A stretch of 64,000 nucleotides of DNA from Escherichia coli (GCF_013122565.1 NZ_CP053258.1); one strand, 5' to 3'; counted from the stretch's first letter, positions 1 to 10,823 are shown. The notes: generated by a model from the letters alone, not told the origin. Program-made: numbers and translations.

Positions 1-39
1 AAAAATGACCAGATATCCGTCGCAAAGAGTTTGTCTCAT
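1..39 (-). CDS. hyfC: hydrogenase-4 subunit C, first 13 codons only (gene runs off the window start)
   Basis: ATG at 37..39 on minus strand shortly after hyfB stop; reads MRQTLCDGYLVIF; operon context hyfA-hyfB-hyfC. Confidence 0.45.
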   Translation of the reverse strand, partial: MRQTLCDGYLVIF

Positions 40-49
40 GGTGATTTCC

Positions 50-2068
50 TTAGACGGCAATAGCGATTAGCAGCACAACCAGTGCGGTAACCACATACAG
101 GCAATAGAGACGAAAGTCGCCGCTTTGCAGATGCTGTATTTCTTTGGCCAGCCGTTGGGTGGCGCTCACGATGGGGCGGATCACCCGCTCATCCCAGAAG
201 GGTTCTGTGCTCTGAGCCCTGGCGGTGACGTGCGCAAGACCTTTATTTAGCCTCAGCGTAGGGTCGAGCTGTTGTCGTAGACGGAATAGCGCAGAAAAGA
301 CCACACGCAGCGGCTGCATCACGCCATTGCCTGACGGAGCCATCGCGTTTTCCCAGCTGTAGCCGCATGCCCAGGCATCTCCTGTGTGACGAAACGCTGC
401 GCGGCGCGAACGACACCACAGCCAGTAAAGGCCAGGCAGCAAAGGCATCGCCAGTAGTAACAGCAACAGTAATAAGGGGGTGACCTGTGTATGAAACGTG
501 CCGGGTACAAGCGCCATTCCGCTGGCGACAGTGACGGGAGGGGTATCGGTAAACGCATGGGCAATATGCATTATCTTCGGTGCCAGCCAACTGGCACTAA
601 GCGCAATTAATACGCAGAGTGCCGCGAGCAGTAGCATGGCGACGATCATCGTATTTGGCACTTCCTGTGCCTCTTCAGCGTGTGTACTGCGCGGCGCACC
701 ACAGAAAGTAATACCGTACATTTTGACGAAGCACATTACTGCCAGCCCACCAGTGACTGCCAGCATCACCATAGCAATAGGGCCCGCAAGTTGTAGCGCT
801 ACGGCTTCCACACGACTTAGTGAGAACAGCGACTGCCAGGTGTACCATTCGCTGATAAAACCATTCAGCGGAGGAATGGCTGATATCGCGAGGCAACCAA
901 TCAGGCATGCTGCGGCTGTCCACGGCATCCGTTTTGCCAGTGCCCCCATTTTTTCCATGTCGTGGGTATGCAAACGCGAAATAATCGCACCCGCGCCGAG
1001 AAATAGCAGCCCTTTGAACAGCGCATGGTTGAGCAGATGAAACAGCGCGCCGAGCAGTCCAACCACGGTGAGCAGCGGGTCGTGCAGTGACAGACCAATC
1101 ATCGCCACACCGACCGCCAGCAAAATAATGCCGACGTTTTCGACGGTACTCCAGGCCAGCAGCCGTTTGATATCCTGTTCCGCCAGCGCATATAGCACGC
1201 CCAGGAGCGCGGAGATTGTGCCGATCGCCATCACCAGAATGCCCCACCACAGAGGCAAACCCGTTTGCGCCAGCAGATCCATCGCTACTTTCAGGATGCC
1301 GAAAATACCGATTTTGACCATTACACCAGACATCAACGCCGAAGCGTGCGATGGTGCGGCAGGGTGAGCGCGCGGCAACCAGCTGTGCAACGGCATCATC
1401 CCGGCTTTCGCGCCAAAACCGAAAAAGGCCAGCAGGAATACCGCCGACGCCAGCCCCGGAGAAAGTGAAAGCGTGCGGAAACTGGCAAAATCGAGGCTGC
1501 CGCTTTCGCGCCCCATCAGCAAGAAGGCGATCATAATCAGCACCGATCCGGCGTGGGCGATAAAAAAGTAGAGCATGCCAGCGTTGATTGACGTTTTATC
1601 CTGCCTGGCAATGACCAGAAACCAGGAAGACAGCGACATCATTTCAAACAGCACGATGAACCAAAAAGCGTTGTCCATCACCAGCAGGGCAACCATCGAT
1701 GCGATGAAAATATTCATAAAGAAGCCCATCGCCGCCGCGCCTTTGCCCTCGTATTCGCGCATATAAGTCAATGAATAGAGCGAACAAACTACCACTAGCA
1801 AGGAGATAACCAGCACCATAAATGCCGAGAGGCTATCTATTCGCAGAGTTAAATCGGCAAAGTCAAAAGGGGTGGCAAAACGGGCGACTAAAGTTACGCC
1901 TCCATGTAATTGCGTAATTCCGCTGATGATGCCAATCACGCCGCCCACCAGCGATGTGATGCCGGAAAGCTTAATAGCCAGTCTGTCCAGACCGAGTAAA
2001 AACAGCGAAGCCAGACTGGCAAACAGATAGAGGATCAGCGACCAGGTTAATAATTGCAGGGCATCCAT
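50..2068 (-). CDS. hyfB: hydrogenase-4 subunit B (NuoL/ND5-like membrane subunit)
   Basis: 672-aa ORF, highly hydrophobic polytopic protein, N-term MDALQLLTWSLILYLF; follows hyfA with 1-nt overlap. Confidence 0.92.
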   Translation of the reverse strand: MDALQLLTWSLILYLFASLASLFLLGLDRLAIKLSGITSLVGGVIGIISGITQLHGGVTLVARFATPFDFADLTLRIDSLSAFMVLVISLLVVVCSLYSLTYMREYEGKGAAAMGFFMNIFIASMVALLVMDNAFWFIVLFEMMSLSSWFLVIARQDKTSINAGMLYFFIAHAGSVLIMIAFLLMGRESGSLDFASFRTLSLSPGLASAVFLLAFFGFGAKAGMMPLHSWLPRAHPAAPSHASALMSGVMVKIGIFGILKVAMDLLAQTGLPLWWGILVMAIGTISALLGVLYALAEQDIKRLLAWSTVENVGIILLAVGVAMIGLSLHDPLLTVVGLLGALFHLLNHALFKGLLFLGAGAIISRLHTHDMEKMGALAKRMPWTAAACLIGCLAISAIPPLNGFISEWYTWQSLFSLSRVEAVALQLAGPIAMVMLAVTGGLAVMCFVKMYGITFCGAPRSTHAEEAQEVPNTMIVAMLLLAALCVLIALSASWLAPKIMHIAHAFTDTPPVTVASGMALVPGTFHTQVTPLLLLLLLLAMPLLPGLYWLWCRSRRAAFRHTGDAWACGYSWENAMAPSGNGVMQPLRVVFSALFRLRQQLDPTLRLNKGLAHVTARAQSTEPFWDERVIRPIVSATQRLAKEIQHLQSGDFRLYCLYVVTALVVLLIAIAV

Positions 2069-2685
2069 TAGCGTTGCTCCTGAGTGAGGGAAAGGGGATC
2101 CTCCCCGCCATTGGCAAACCAGCTTGCGGCAAGGCGCTGTTTTTCTTTCATCTGACGTTGCAGGCTATCGTCGGTGATCAGCCGTAACGCCTGATTCGGG
2201 CAAGCGCGAACGCAGGCCGGACCTTCTGGCAAGAAATCACACAGGTCGCATTTCACCGCGACGGTCTGGACACCCGGTTCCCAGCGCAGCAAAGCATGTT
2301 GTGTTGGCGCGTTTTCTTCGCCGTCTTTGAGTGAGCCTTCAGCCTGAAAAACATATTGCGCAGGGGCATTCACCGGACGGCTTCCTGAAGCGCTGATTGC
2401 GCCAAATGGGCAGACCACGGCGCAAAGCTTGCAGCCAATACAGAGGCTTTCGTTGAGTTGGATCGCATCATCCCTCTGGGAGATGGCATTGACCGGGCAG
2501 ACCTGCAGGCAAGGGGCTTCCTCACAGTGATGACACACGACAGGGGCAGTGAGTGTTGACGTCTTCGCCAGGGCCAGGCGCGGGTGTTGCTGTAAACCTT
2601 GCGTTTTATGCACGTCCGAACAGGCAGCGAGACAGGTATTACATCCTGTACACCACAGTGGTTCGGCCACCACAAAGCGGTTCAT
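2068..2685 (-). CDS. hyfA: hydrogenase-4 component A, 4Fe-4S ferredoxin-type subunit
   Basis: 205 aa from internal ATG (MNRFVVAEPLWCTGCNTC); multiple CxxCxxCxxxCP ferredoxin motifs; ORF-track N-terminal extension rejected. Confidence 0.88.
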   Translation of the reverse strand: MNRFVVAEPLWCTGCNTCLAACSDVHKTQGLQQHPRLALAKTSTLTAPVVCHHCEEAPCLQVCPVNAISQRDDAIQLNESLCIGCKLCAVVCPFGAISASGSRPVNAPAQYVFQAEGSLKDGEENAPTQHALLRWEPGVQTVAVKCDLCDFLPEGPACVRACPNQALRLITDDSLQRQMKEKQRLAASWFANGGEDPLSLTQEQR

Positions 2686-2730
2686 GTCGGCTCCTTGAAA
2701 ATGATATGAAACATTGCATTGCATTTCATA

Positions 2731-2748
2731 TTGCATAAAGGATGCCAG
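2731..2748 (-). promoter_or_regulatory. candidate sigma-54 (-24/-12) promoter for hyf operon
   Basis: minus strand reads CTGGCATCCTTTATGCAA (GG-N10-GC spacing) about 45 nt upstream of hyfA ATG; hyf operon is known to be sigma-54 dependent. Confidence 0.5.
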
Positions 2749-2942
2749 TCTGATTAATTTAATATATTCAATAAGTTATGAATTAACTGGATTCTGAACG
2801 GTACAAAAATGATGGTCATTAACGTTCAGCAAAAAATGGATTCGACACCCGTGTCGCAGGGGAAAGCGAGAATGTGATCTTGATCACGATAAGTGAAGTG
2901 TGCTGACCGCAAGCGCAGCCAGCACGGAATGGAGCAAAGTAA

Positions 2943-3413
2943 TCAGGCGTGTTCTTTCAGCCAGTTCAGCACAACGTCGTGGTGATTACTGGTTTTGAAA
3001 TCGTCAAAGACATGTTCGATTTTGCCATCAGCGTCAATCAGGAAGCTGATGCGATGAATACCATCGTAGGTTTTGCCCATGAAGGACTTTTCCCCCCAGA
3101 CGCCGAATTGCTCGCACACCTGGTGGTCTTCATCAGACAGGAGCGTAAAGTTAAGCAGCTCTTTTTCCGCAAAACGGGAGAGTTTTTCGGGTTTATCGGT
3201 GCTGATACCCAGCACATCAACGCCCGCTTTTTTCAACTCATCCATGTTATCGCGTAAGCCGCAGGCCTGTACGGTACAGCCGGGGGTCATGGCTTTCGGG
3301 TAGAAATAAACCAGAACACGCTGTCCCTGGAAGTCGGTCAAATTAACTTGTTCTCCGTCTTGATCCGGCAAGCTAAATTTCGGTGCGATATCACCGGCTT
3401 TCAGTGGATTCAT
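2943..3413 (-). CDS. bcp: thiol peroxidase Bcp (peroxiredoxin, bacterioferritin comigratory protein)
   Basis: 156 aa, MNPLKAGDIAPKFSLPDQDGE..., peroxiredoxin PGCT motif; start overlaps gcvR stop (TAATG). Confidence 0.95.
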   Translation of the reverse strand: MNPLKAGDIAPKFSLPDQDGEQVNLTDFQGQRVLVYFYPKAMTPGCTVQACGLRDNMDELKKAGVDVLGISTDKPEKLSRFAEKELLNFTLLSDEDHQVCEQFGVWGEKSFMGKTYDGIHRISFLIDADGKIEHVFDDFKTSNHHDVVLNWLKEHA

Positions 3414-3985
3414 TACTTAACTCCATCCTGTTCATCATGTTGGGAATAATTGACGACGTTAATACTGCCTTGTGCATTGAGTTCTGTACATAGGGCTTTG
3501 AACGCTTGCTCAATATTTGCTGCGTCCGCAGATGCGGGGCTGTGGGCAGTAATCTGAATATGCAACTGCGCAGCCCGTTCATTTTCAGCAGGTTGTGTGC
3601 GCGACACCAGCTCCGCAATGTTCATATGATGCGCGTCGAAAAGTGCTGTGAAGCGTTCAATTAAATGCGGGGAGTCTGCAACATCGACCTGAACCCAGAC
3701 AGATGCTGGCATTGGCGGACGCGGACGCGCCGTCGTGCGCTTCATCACGATTAAAAGATCCAGTTCGGCACCTTTCAACGGTAACGTTGATTCAATCAGA
3801 GTAATGGCATTCCATGAACCGGAAAGCAGCATGATAAACGTGAACTCTTCTCCCAGCATCGCCAGGCGACTGTCTTCAATATTACAGCCGCAACTACTGA
3901 CATGACGGGTGATGGTGTTCACAATTCCAGGGCGATCGGCACCCAACGCAGTGATCACCAGATAATGTTGCGATGACAGTGTCAA
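3413..3985 (-). CDS. gcvR: glycine cleavage system transcriptional repressor GcvR
   Basis: 190 aa from TTG start reading MTLSSQHYLVITALGADRPGIV (ACT-domain protein); ORF-track upstream extension rejected. Confidence 0.85.
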   Translation of the reverse strand: MTLSSQHYLVITALGADRPGIVNTITRHVSSCGCNIEDSRLAMLGEEFTFIMLLSGSWNAITLIESTLPLKGAELDLLIVMKRTTARPRPPMPASVWVQVDVADSPHLIERFTALFDAHHMNIAELVSRTQPAENERAAQLHIQITAHSPASADAANIEQAFKALCTELNAQGSINVVNYSQHDEQDGVK

Positions 3986-4130
3986 ACTGGTTATTCCTTT
4001 AAGGGGTGAGTTGTTCTTAAGGAAAGCATAAAAAAAACATGCATACAACAATCAGAACGGTTCTGTCTGCTTGCTTTTAATGCCATACCAAACGTACCAT
4101 TGAGACACTTGTTTGCACAGAGGATGGCCC

Positions 4131-5009
4131 ATGTTCACGGGAAGTATTGTCGCGATTGTTACTCCGATGGATGAAAAAGGTAATGTCTGTCGGGCTAGCT
4201 TGAAAAAACTGATTGATTATCATGTCGCCAGCGGTACTTCGGCGATCGTTTCTGTTGGCACCACTGGCGAGTCCGCTACCTTAAATCATGACGAACATGC
4301 TGATGTGGTGATGATGACGCTGGAGCTGGCTGACGGGCGCATTCCGGTGATTGCCGGAACCGGCGCTAACGCTACTGCGGAAGCCATTAGCCTGACGCAG
4401 CGCTTCAATGACAGCGGTATCGTCGGCTGCCTGACGGTAACCCCTTACTACAATCGTCCGTCGCAAGAAGGTTTGTATCAGCATTTCAAAGCCATCGCTG
4501 AGCATACTGACCTGCCGCAAATTCTGTATAATGTGCCGTCCCGTACTGGCTGCGATCTGCTCCCGGAAACGGTGGGCCGTCTGGCGAAAGTAAAAAATAT
4601 TATCGGAATCAAAGAGGCAACAGGGAACTTAACGCGTGTAAACCAGATCAAAGAGCTGGTTTCAGATGATTTTGTTCTGCTGAGCGGCGATGATGCGAGC
4701 GCGCTGGACTTCATGCAATTAGGCGGTCATGGGGTTATTTCCGTTACGGCTAACGTCGCAGCGCGTGATATGGCCCAGATGTGCAAACTGGCAGCAGAAG
4801 GGCATTTTGCCGAGGCACGCGTTATTAATCAGCGTCTGATGCCATTACACAACAAACTATTTGTCGAACCCAATCCAATCCCGGTGAAATGGGCATGTAA
4901 GGAACTGGGTCTTGTGGCGACCGATACGCTGCGCCTGCCAATGACACCAATCACCGACAGTGGTCGTGAGACGGTCAGAGCGGCGCTTAAGCATGCCGGT
5001 TTGCTGTAA
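4131..5009 (+). CDS. dapA: 4-hydroxy-tetrahydrodipicolinate synthase
   Basis: 292 aa from [19 protein letters not shown]...; ORF-track start 4113 is a 6-codon extension. Confidence 0.95.
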   Translation: MFTGSIVAIVTPMDEKGNVCRASLKKLIDYHVASGTSAIVSVGTTGESATLNHDEHADVVMMTLELADGRIPVIAGTGANATAEAISLTQRFNDSGIVGCLTVTPYYNRPSQEGLYQHFKAIAEHTDLPQILYNVPSRTGCDLLPETVGRLAKVKNIIGIKEATGNLTRVNQIKELVSDDFVLLSGDDASALDFMQLGGHGVISVTANVAARDMAQMCKLAAEGHFAEARVINQRLMPLHNKLFVEPNPIPVKWACKELGLVATDTLRLPMTPITDSGRETVRAALKHAGLL

Positions 5010-5025
5010 AGTTTAGGGAGATTTG

Positions 5026-6060
5026 ATGGCTTACTCTGTTCAAAAGTCGCGCCTGGCAAAGGTTGCGGGTGTTTCGCTTGTTTTATTGCTCGCTGCCTGT
5101 AGTTCTGACTCACGCTATAAGCGTCAGGTCAGTGGTGATGAAGCCTACCTGGAAGCGGCACCGCTTGCGGAGCTTCATGCCCCGGCTGGAATGATTTTGC
5201 CGGTGACCTCCGGTGATTATGCAATCCCGGTGACCAACGGTAGTGGTGCTGTCGGTAAGGCGCTGGACATTCGTCCACCAGCCCAGCCGCTGGCACTGGT
5301 TTCTGGCGCGCGTACCCAGTTCACGGGCGATACCGCTTCATTGCTGGTGGAAAATGGTCGTGGCAATACTCTGTGGCCGCAGGTGGTTAGCGTGCTGCAG
5401 GCGAAAAACTACACCATCACCCAACGTGATGATGCTGGTCAGACACTGACCACCGATTGGGTACAATGGAACCGTCTGGACGAAGACGAGCAGTATCGTG
5501 GTCGTTATCAAATCTCTGTTAAGCCGCAGGGTTATCAGCAGGCGGTTACGGTTAAACTGCTGAACCTGGAACAGGCGGGCAAACCGGTTGCAGACGCGGC
5601 TTCCATGCAGCGTTACAGCACGGAGATGATGAACGTTATTTCCGCCGGTCTGGATAAATCTGCCACTGACGCCGCGAACGCTGCGCAAAATCGTGCCTCC
5701 ACCACTATGGACGTACAAAGTGCAGCTGATGACACCGGTTTACCAATGCTGGTCGTACGCGGGCCGTTCAATGTGGTTTGGCAACGTCTGCCAGCGGCGC
5801 TGGAAAAAGTGGGCATGAAAGTGACCGACAGCACCCGTTCGCAGGGCAACATGGCCGTAACTTATAAGCCGCTGTCTGACAGCGACTGGCAGGAACTGGG
5901 CGCGAGCGATCCAGGCCTGGCATCCGGTGACTATAAACTGCAGGTTGGCGATTTAGATAACCGCAGCAGCCTACAGTTCATCGATCCGAAAGGTCATACT
6001 CTGACTCAGAGTCAGAACGACGCGCTGGTATCTGTCTTCCAGGCTGCGTTTAGCAAGTAA
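5026..6060 (+). CDS. bamC: outer membrane protein assembly factor BamC (lipoprotein NlpB)
   Basis: 344 aa, [27 protein letters not shown] lipoprotein signal with lipobox LAAC. Confidence 0.93.
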   Translation: MAYSVQKSRLAKVAGVSLVLLLAACSSDSRYKRQVSGDEAYLEAAPLAELHAPAGMILPVTSGDYAIPVTNGSGAVGKALDIRPPAQPLALVSGARTQFTGDTASLLVENGRGNTLWPQVVSVLQAKNYTITQRDDAGQTLTTDWVQWNRLDEDEQYRGRYQISVKPQGYQQAVTVKLLNLEQAGKPVADAASMQRYSTEMMNVISAGLDKSATDAANAAQNRASTTMDVQSAADDTGLPMLVVRGPFNVVWQRLPAALEKVGMKVTDSTRSQGNMAVTYKPLSDSDWQELGASDPGLASGDYKLQVGDLDNRSSLQFIDPKGHTLTQSQNDALVSVFQAAFSK

Positions 6061-6066
6061 AAATAC

Positions 6067-6098
6067 AGGGCTGGAATCATCCGGCCCTTTTTTCTGAT
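6067..6098 (+). terminator. rho-independent terminator after bamC
   Basis: GGGCUGG-loop-CCGGCCC hairpin followed by TTTTTTCT immediately after bamC stop. Confidence 0.55.
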
Positions 6099-6103
6099 AT
6101 GAT

Positions 6104-6119
6104 ACGCAAACGTGTGCGT
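6104..6119. promoter_or_regulatory. PurR operator (PUR box) upstream of purC
   Basis: ACGCAAACGTGTGCGT, near-perfect match to the 16-bp PurR palindrome ACGCAAACGTTTGCGT. Confidence 0.7.
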
Positions 6120-6162
6120 CGGCAGGAAAACGCGATTTTAGCGGTAATTCGCACGAAATTTG

Positions 6163-6222
<60 letters not shown>

Positions 6223-6272
6223 CAGACAGCAAGAGATTTTAAAACGTTAATTCACACCCAGGAGTGATAAAG

Positions 6273-6986
6273 ATGCAAAAGCAAGCTGAGTTGTATCGTG
6301 GTAAAGCGAAAACCGTATACAGCACGGAAAACCCGGACCTGTTGGTGCTCGAATTCCGCAATGATACGTCAGCAGGGGATGGCGCGCGCATTGAGCAGTT
6401 TGATCGCAAAGGTATGGTGAACAACAAGTTCAACTACTTCATTATGAGCAAACTGGCTGAAGCGGGTATCCCGACTCAAATGGAGCGTCTGCTCTCCGAT
6501 ACCGAATGTCTGGTGAAAAAGCTGGATATGGTACCGGTTGAGTGTGTCGTGCGTAACCGTGCTGCGGGCTCTCTGGTGAAACGTCTTGGAATCGAAGAAG
6601 GTATTGAGCTGAACCCGCCGCTGTTCGATCTGTTTCTGAAAAACGACGCCATGCACGATCCGATGGTCAACGAATCTTACTGCGAAACCTTTGGCTGGGT
6701 AAGCAAAGAGAACCTGGCGCGTATGAAAGAGCTGACCTACAAAGCGAATGACGTGCTGAAAAAACTGTTCGATGATGCTGGTCTGATTCTGGTCGACTTC
6801 AAGCTGGAATTTGGTCTGTACAAAGGCGAAGTGGTACTGGGTGATGAGTTCTCCCCGGACGGTAGCCGCCTGTGGGACAAAGAAACGCTGGAGAAAATGG
6901 ACAAAGACCGTTTCCGCCAGAGCCTCGGTGGCCTGATCGAAGCCTATGAAGCCGTCGCCCGCCGCCTGGGTGTACAGCTGGACTGA
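6273..6986 (+). CDS. purC: phosphoribosylaminoimidazole-succinocarboxamide (SAICAR) synthase
   Basis: 237 aa from [28 protein letters not shown]. Confidence 0.95.
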
Positions 6987-7153
6987 TTTTTCTGTTCATC
7001 ATCTTGCCGTGCAGCTGGCACGGCAAGACAACCGCTCTCGGAAGATGTGCATTGAACGCTCATTCCTCCGCCATTTCATCCCGCTTTCCTGTGGTAATCT
7101 TCCTCTGAACCACCTACGATCATTTCTATAATGAATATATTGTTGAGGTATCT

Positions 7154-8017
7154 ATGCGTTGGCAAGGGCGACGTGAAAGTGACAATGTTGAAGACAGGCG
7201 CAACAGCTCTGGTGGTCCGTCTATGGGCGGTCCCGGTTTTCGCCTGCCGAGCGGTAAAGGCGGGCTGATTTTACTGATAGTCGTGCTGGTTGCAGGCTAC
7301 TATGGCGTTGATTTAACCGGGTTGATGACCGGACAGCCGGTTTCCCAACAGCAATCAACGCGGTCAATTAGCCCAAATGAAGACGAAGCTGCAAAATTCA
7401 CCTCGGTGATTCTGGCAACCACGGAAGACACCTGGGGACAACAGTTCGAAAAGATGGGTAAGACCTATCAGCAACCGAAGCTGGTCATGTACCGTGGAAT
7501 GACGCGCACCGGATGCGGGGCGGGCCAGTCCATTATGGGGCCGTTCTATTGCCCGGCGGATGGCACGGTTTATATCGATCTCTCCTTCTATGATGACATG
7601 AAAGACAAACTTGGCGCGGATGGCGATTTTGCCCAGGGGTACGTTATCGCCCATGAGGTCGGTCATCATGTGCAGAAACTGTTAGGCATCGAGCCGAAAG
7701 TTCGTCAACTGCAACAAAACGCGACGCAGGCGGAAGTAAACCGCTTATCTGTGCGTATGGAACTCCAGGCCGACTGTTTTGCCGGTGTCTGGGGGCATAG
7801 TATGCAGCAGCAAGGCGTTCTGGAAACCGGCGATCTGGAAGAGGCGCTGAACGCGGCGCAGGCCATCGGCGATGACCGTTTACAACAGCAAAGTCAGGGG
7901 CGAGTAGTACCAGACAGTTTCACTCATGGCACTTCTCAGCAACGCTACAGCTGGTTTAAACGTGGTTTCGACAGCGGCGATCCGGCACAATGCAATACTT
8001 TTGGTAAAAGCATTTAA
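7154..8017 (+). CDS. ypfJ: putative zinc metallopeptidase-like protein YpfJ
   Basis: 287 aa, one N-terminal TM segment, HEVGHH (HExxH) motif. Confidence 0.88.
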
Positions 8018-8031
8018 CTTCCGGGGCAGGG

Positions 8032-10047
8032 ATGGCTGAACTGACTGCGCTTCACACATTAACAGCGCAAATGAAACGTGAAGGGATCCGCCGCTTGCTG
8101 GTGTTGAGCGGGGAAGAGGGTTGGTGTTTTGATCATGCGCTTAAGTTGCGTGATGCCTTACCTGGCGACTGGCTGTGGATTTCGCCGCAGCCAGATGCTG
8201 AAAACCACTGTTTACCCTCGGCGCTACAAACTTTACTTGGGCGCGAGTTCCGGCATGCGGTATTCGACGCCCGCCACGGCTTTGATGCCGCTGCCTTTGC
8301 GGCACTTAGCGGAACGTTGAAAGCGGGAAGTTGGCTGGTTTTGTTACTCCCTGTATGGGAAGAGTGGGAAAACCAACCTGATGCCGACTCGCTGCGCTGG
8401 AGTGATTGCCCTGACCCTATTGCGACGCCGCATTTTGTCCAGCATCTCAAACGCGTACTTACGGCGGATAACGACGCTATTCTCTGGCGGCAAAACCAGC
8501 CGTTCTCGTTGGCGCATTTTACTCCCCGTACTGACTGGCACCCCGCGACCGGCACACCACAACCAGAACAACAGCAACTCTTACAGCAGTTACTGACCAT
8601 GCCGCCGGGCGTGGCAGCGGTAACTGCTGCGCGTGGGCGCGGTAAATCGGCGTTGGCAGGGCAACTCATTTCTCGTATTGCGGGCAGTGCGATTGTCACC
8701 GCGCCCGCAAAAGCGGCAACGGATGTACTGGCACAATTTGCGGGCGAGAAGTTTCGCTTTATTGCACCGGATGCCTTGTTAGCCAGCGATGAGCAAGCCG
8801 ACTGGCTGGTGGTCGATGAAGCCGCAGCCATACCTGCGCCGTTGTTGCATCAACTGGTATCGCATTTTCCTCGAACGTTGTTAACCACTACGGTGCAGGG
8901 CTACGAAGGCACCGGACGTGGTTTTTTGCTGAAATTTTGCGCTCGCTTTCCACATTTACACCGTTTTGAACTGCAACAGCCGATCCGCTGGGCACAGGGA
9001 TGCCCGCTGGAAAAAATGGTTAGTGAGGCACTGGTTTTTGACGATGAAAACTTCACCCATACACCACAAGGCAATATTGTCATTTCCGCATTTGAACAGA
9101 CGTTATGGCGAATCGAGCCAGAAACGCCGTTAAAGGTTTATCAGTTATTGTCTGGTGCGCACTACCGGACTTCGCCGCTGGATTTACGCCGCATGATGGA
9201 TGCACCAGGGCAACATTTTTTACAGGCGGCTGGCGACAACGAGATTGCCGGGGCGCTGTGGCTGGTGGATGAGGGGGGATTATCTCAACAACTCAGTCAG
9301 GCGGTATGGGCAGGTTTTCGTCGCCCTCGGGGTAATCTGGTGGCCCAGTCGCTGGCGGCGCACGGTAGCAATCCACTGGCGGCGACATTGCGTGGACGAC
9401 GGGTCAGCCGGATAGCAGTTCATCCGGCTCGTCAGCGGGAAGGCACAGGGCGGCAACTTATTGCTGGTGCTTTGCAATATACGCAAGACCTCGACTATCT
9501 TTCGGTAAGTTTTGGTTACACCGGGGAGTTATGGCGTTTCTGGCAACGCTGCGGTTTTGTGCTGGTGCGAATGGGTAATCATCGTGAAGCCAGCAGCGGT
9601 TGCTATACGGCGATGGCGCTGTTACCGATGAGTGATGCGGGTAAACAGCTGGCTGAACGTGAGCATTACCGTTTACGTCGCGATGCGCAAGCTCTCGCAA
9701 AGTGGAATGGCGAAACGCTTCCTGTTGATCCACTAAACGATGCCGTCCTTTCTGACGACGACTGGCTTGAACTGGCCGGTTTTGCTTTCGCTCATCGTCC
9801 GCTATTAACATCGTTAGGTTGCTTATTGCGTCTGCTACAAACCAGTGAACTGGCATTACCGGCGCTGCGTGGGCGTTTACAGAAAAACGCCAGTGACGCG
9901 CAGTTATGTACCACACTTAAACTTTCAGGCCGCAAGATGTTACTGGTCCGTCAGCGGGAAGAGGCCGCGCAGGCGCTGTTCGCACTTAATGATGTTCGCA
10001 CTGAGCGTCTGCGCGATCGCATAACGCAATGGCAATTTTTTCACTGA
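8032..10047 (+). CDS. tmcA: tRNA(Met) cytidine acetyltransferase TmcA
   Basis: 671 aa, MAELTALHTLTAQMKREGIRRLLVLSGEEGW; helicase-like N-domain plus GNAT-like C-domain. Confidence 0.92.
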   Translation: MAELTALHTLTAQMKREGIRRLLVLSGEEGWCFDHALKLRDALPGDWLWISPQPDAENHCLPSALQTLLGREFRHAVFDARHGFDAAAFAALSGTLKAGSWLVLLLPVWEEWENQPDADSLRWSDCPDPIATPHFVQHLKRVLTADNDAILWRQNQPFSLAHFTPRTDWHPATGTPQPEQQQLLQQLLTMPPGVAAVTAARGRGKSALAGQLISRIAGSAIVTAPAKAATDVLAQFAGEKFRFIAPDALLASDEQADWLVVDEAAAIPAPLLHQLVSHFPRTLLTTTVQGYEGTGRGFLLKFCARFPHLHRFELQQPIRWAQGCPLEKMVSEALVFDDENFTHTPQGNIVISAFEQTLWRIEPETPLKVYQLLSGAHYRTSPLDLRRMMDAPGQHFLQAAGDNEIAGALWLVDEGGLSQQLSQAVWAGFRRPRGNLVAQSLAAHGSNPLAATLRGRRVSRIAVHPARQREGTGRQLIAGALQYTQDLDYLSVSFGYTGELWRFWQRCGFVLVRMGNHREASSGCYTAMALLPMSDAGKQLAEREHYRLRRDAQALAKWNGETLPVDPLNDAVLSDDDWLELAGFAFAHRPLLTSLGCLLRLLQTSELALPALRGRLQKNASDAQLCTTLKLSGRKMLLVRQREEAAQALFALNDVRTERLRDRITQWQFFH

Positions 10048-10120
10048 CTCCTTCAATTTTCTCCCATGGTCATTGTGAGTCAGCGGCGTAAAATTAATGA
10101 CATCAGTTAAGGAGTTCGCC

Positions 10121-10819
10121 ATGAAACATGACCATTTTGTTGTTCAAAGCCCGGATAAACCTGCGCAACAGTTGTTACTGCTTTTCCACGGTGTCGGGGA
10201 TAACCCGGTGGCAATGGGGGAAATAGGCAGTTGGTTTGCGCCGCTATTTCCTGATGCGCTGGTGGTGAGTGTCGGAGGCGCGGAGCCGAGCGGTAATCCG
10301 GCGGGGCGTCAGTGGTTTTCGGTGCAGGGTATTACGGAAGATAATCGCCAGGCGCGTGTGGATGCCATCATGCCGACGTTTATTGAAACGGTGCGCTACT
10401 GGCAGAAACAGAGCGGAGTAGGGGCTAACGCCACGGCGCTAATCGGTTTCTCTCAAGGCGCGATTATGGCGCTGGAGAGCATTAAAGCCGAACCGGGCCT
10501 TGCCTCACGCGTCATTGCCTTTAACGGACGCTATGCGAGCCTGCCGGAAACCGCGTCTACAGCCACGACAATTCACCTGATTCATGGTGGTGAAGATCCG
10601 GTTATCGATCTGGCGCATGCGGTTGCGGCGCAGGAAGCGTTAATCAGTGCCGGTGGTGACGTGACGCTGGATATCGTGGAGGATTTAGGCCATGCGATCG
10701 ACAATCGCAGTATGCAATTTGCCCTGGATCACTTGCGTTATACCATTCCGAAACATTATTTCGACGAAGCGCTAAGTGGCGGTAAGCCTGGCGATGATGA
10801 TGTGATTGAAATGATGTAA
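10121..10819 (+). CDS. ypfH: esterase YpfH (alpha/beta hydrolase)
   Basis: 232 aa from MKHDHFVVQSPDKPAQQLLLLFHGVGDN; GFSQG serine-hydrolase motif. Confidence 0.88.
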   Translation: MKHDHFVVQSPDKPAQQLLLLFHGVGDNPVAMGEIGSWFAPLFPDALVVSVGGAEPSGNPAGRQWFSVQGITEDNRQARVDAIMPTFIETVRYWQKQSGVGANATALIGFSQGAIMALESIKAEPGLASRVIAFNGRYASLPETASTATTIHLIHGGEDPVIDLAHAVAAQEALISAGGDVTLDIVEDLGHAIDNRSMQFALDHLRYTIPKHYFDEALSGGKPGDDDVIEMM

Positions 10820-10823
10820 TAAT

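Noticed and set aside
8133-8831. 232-aa ORF antisense to tmcA
   Set aside because: Antisense artefact with Ser/Ala/Cys-rich low-complexity translation
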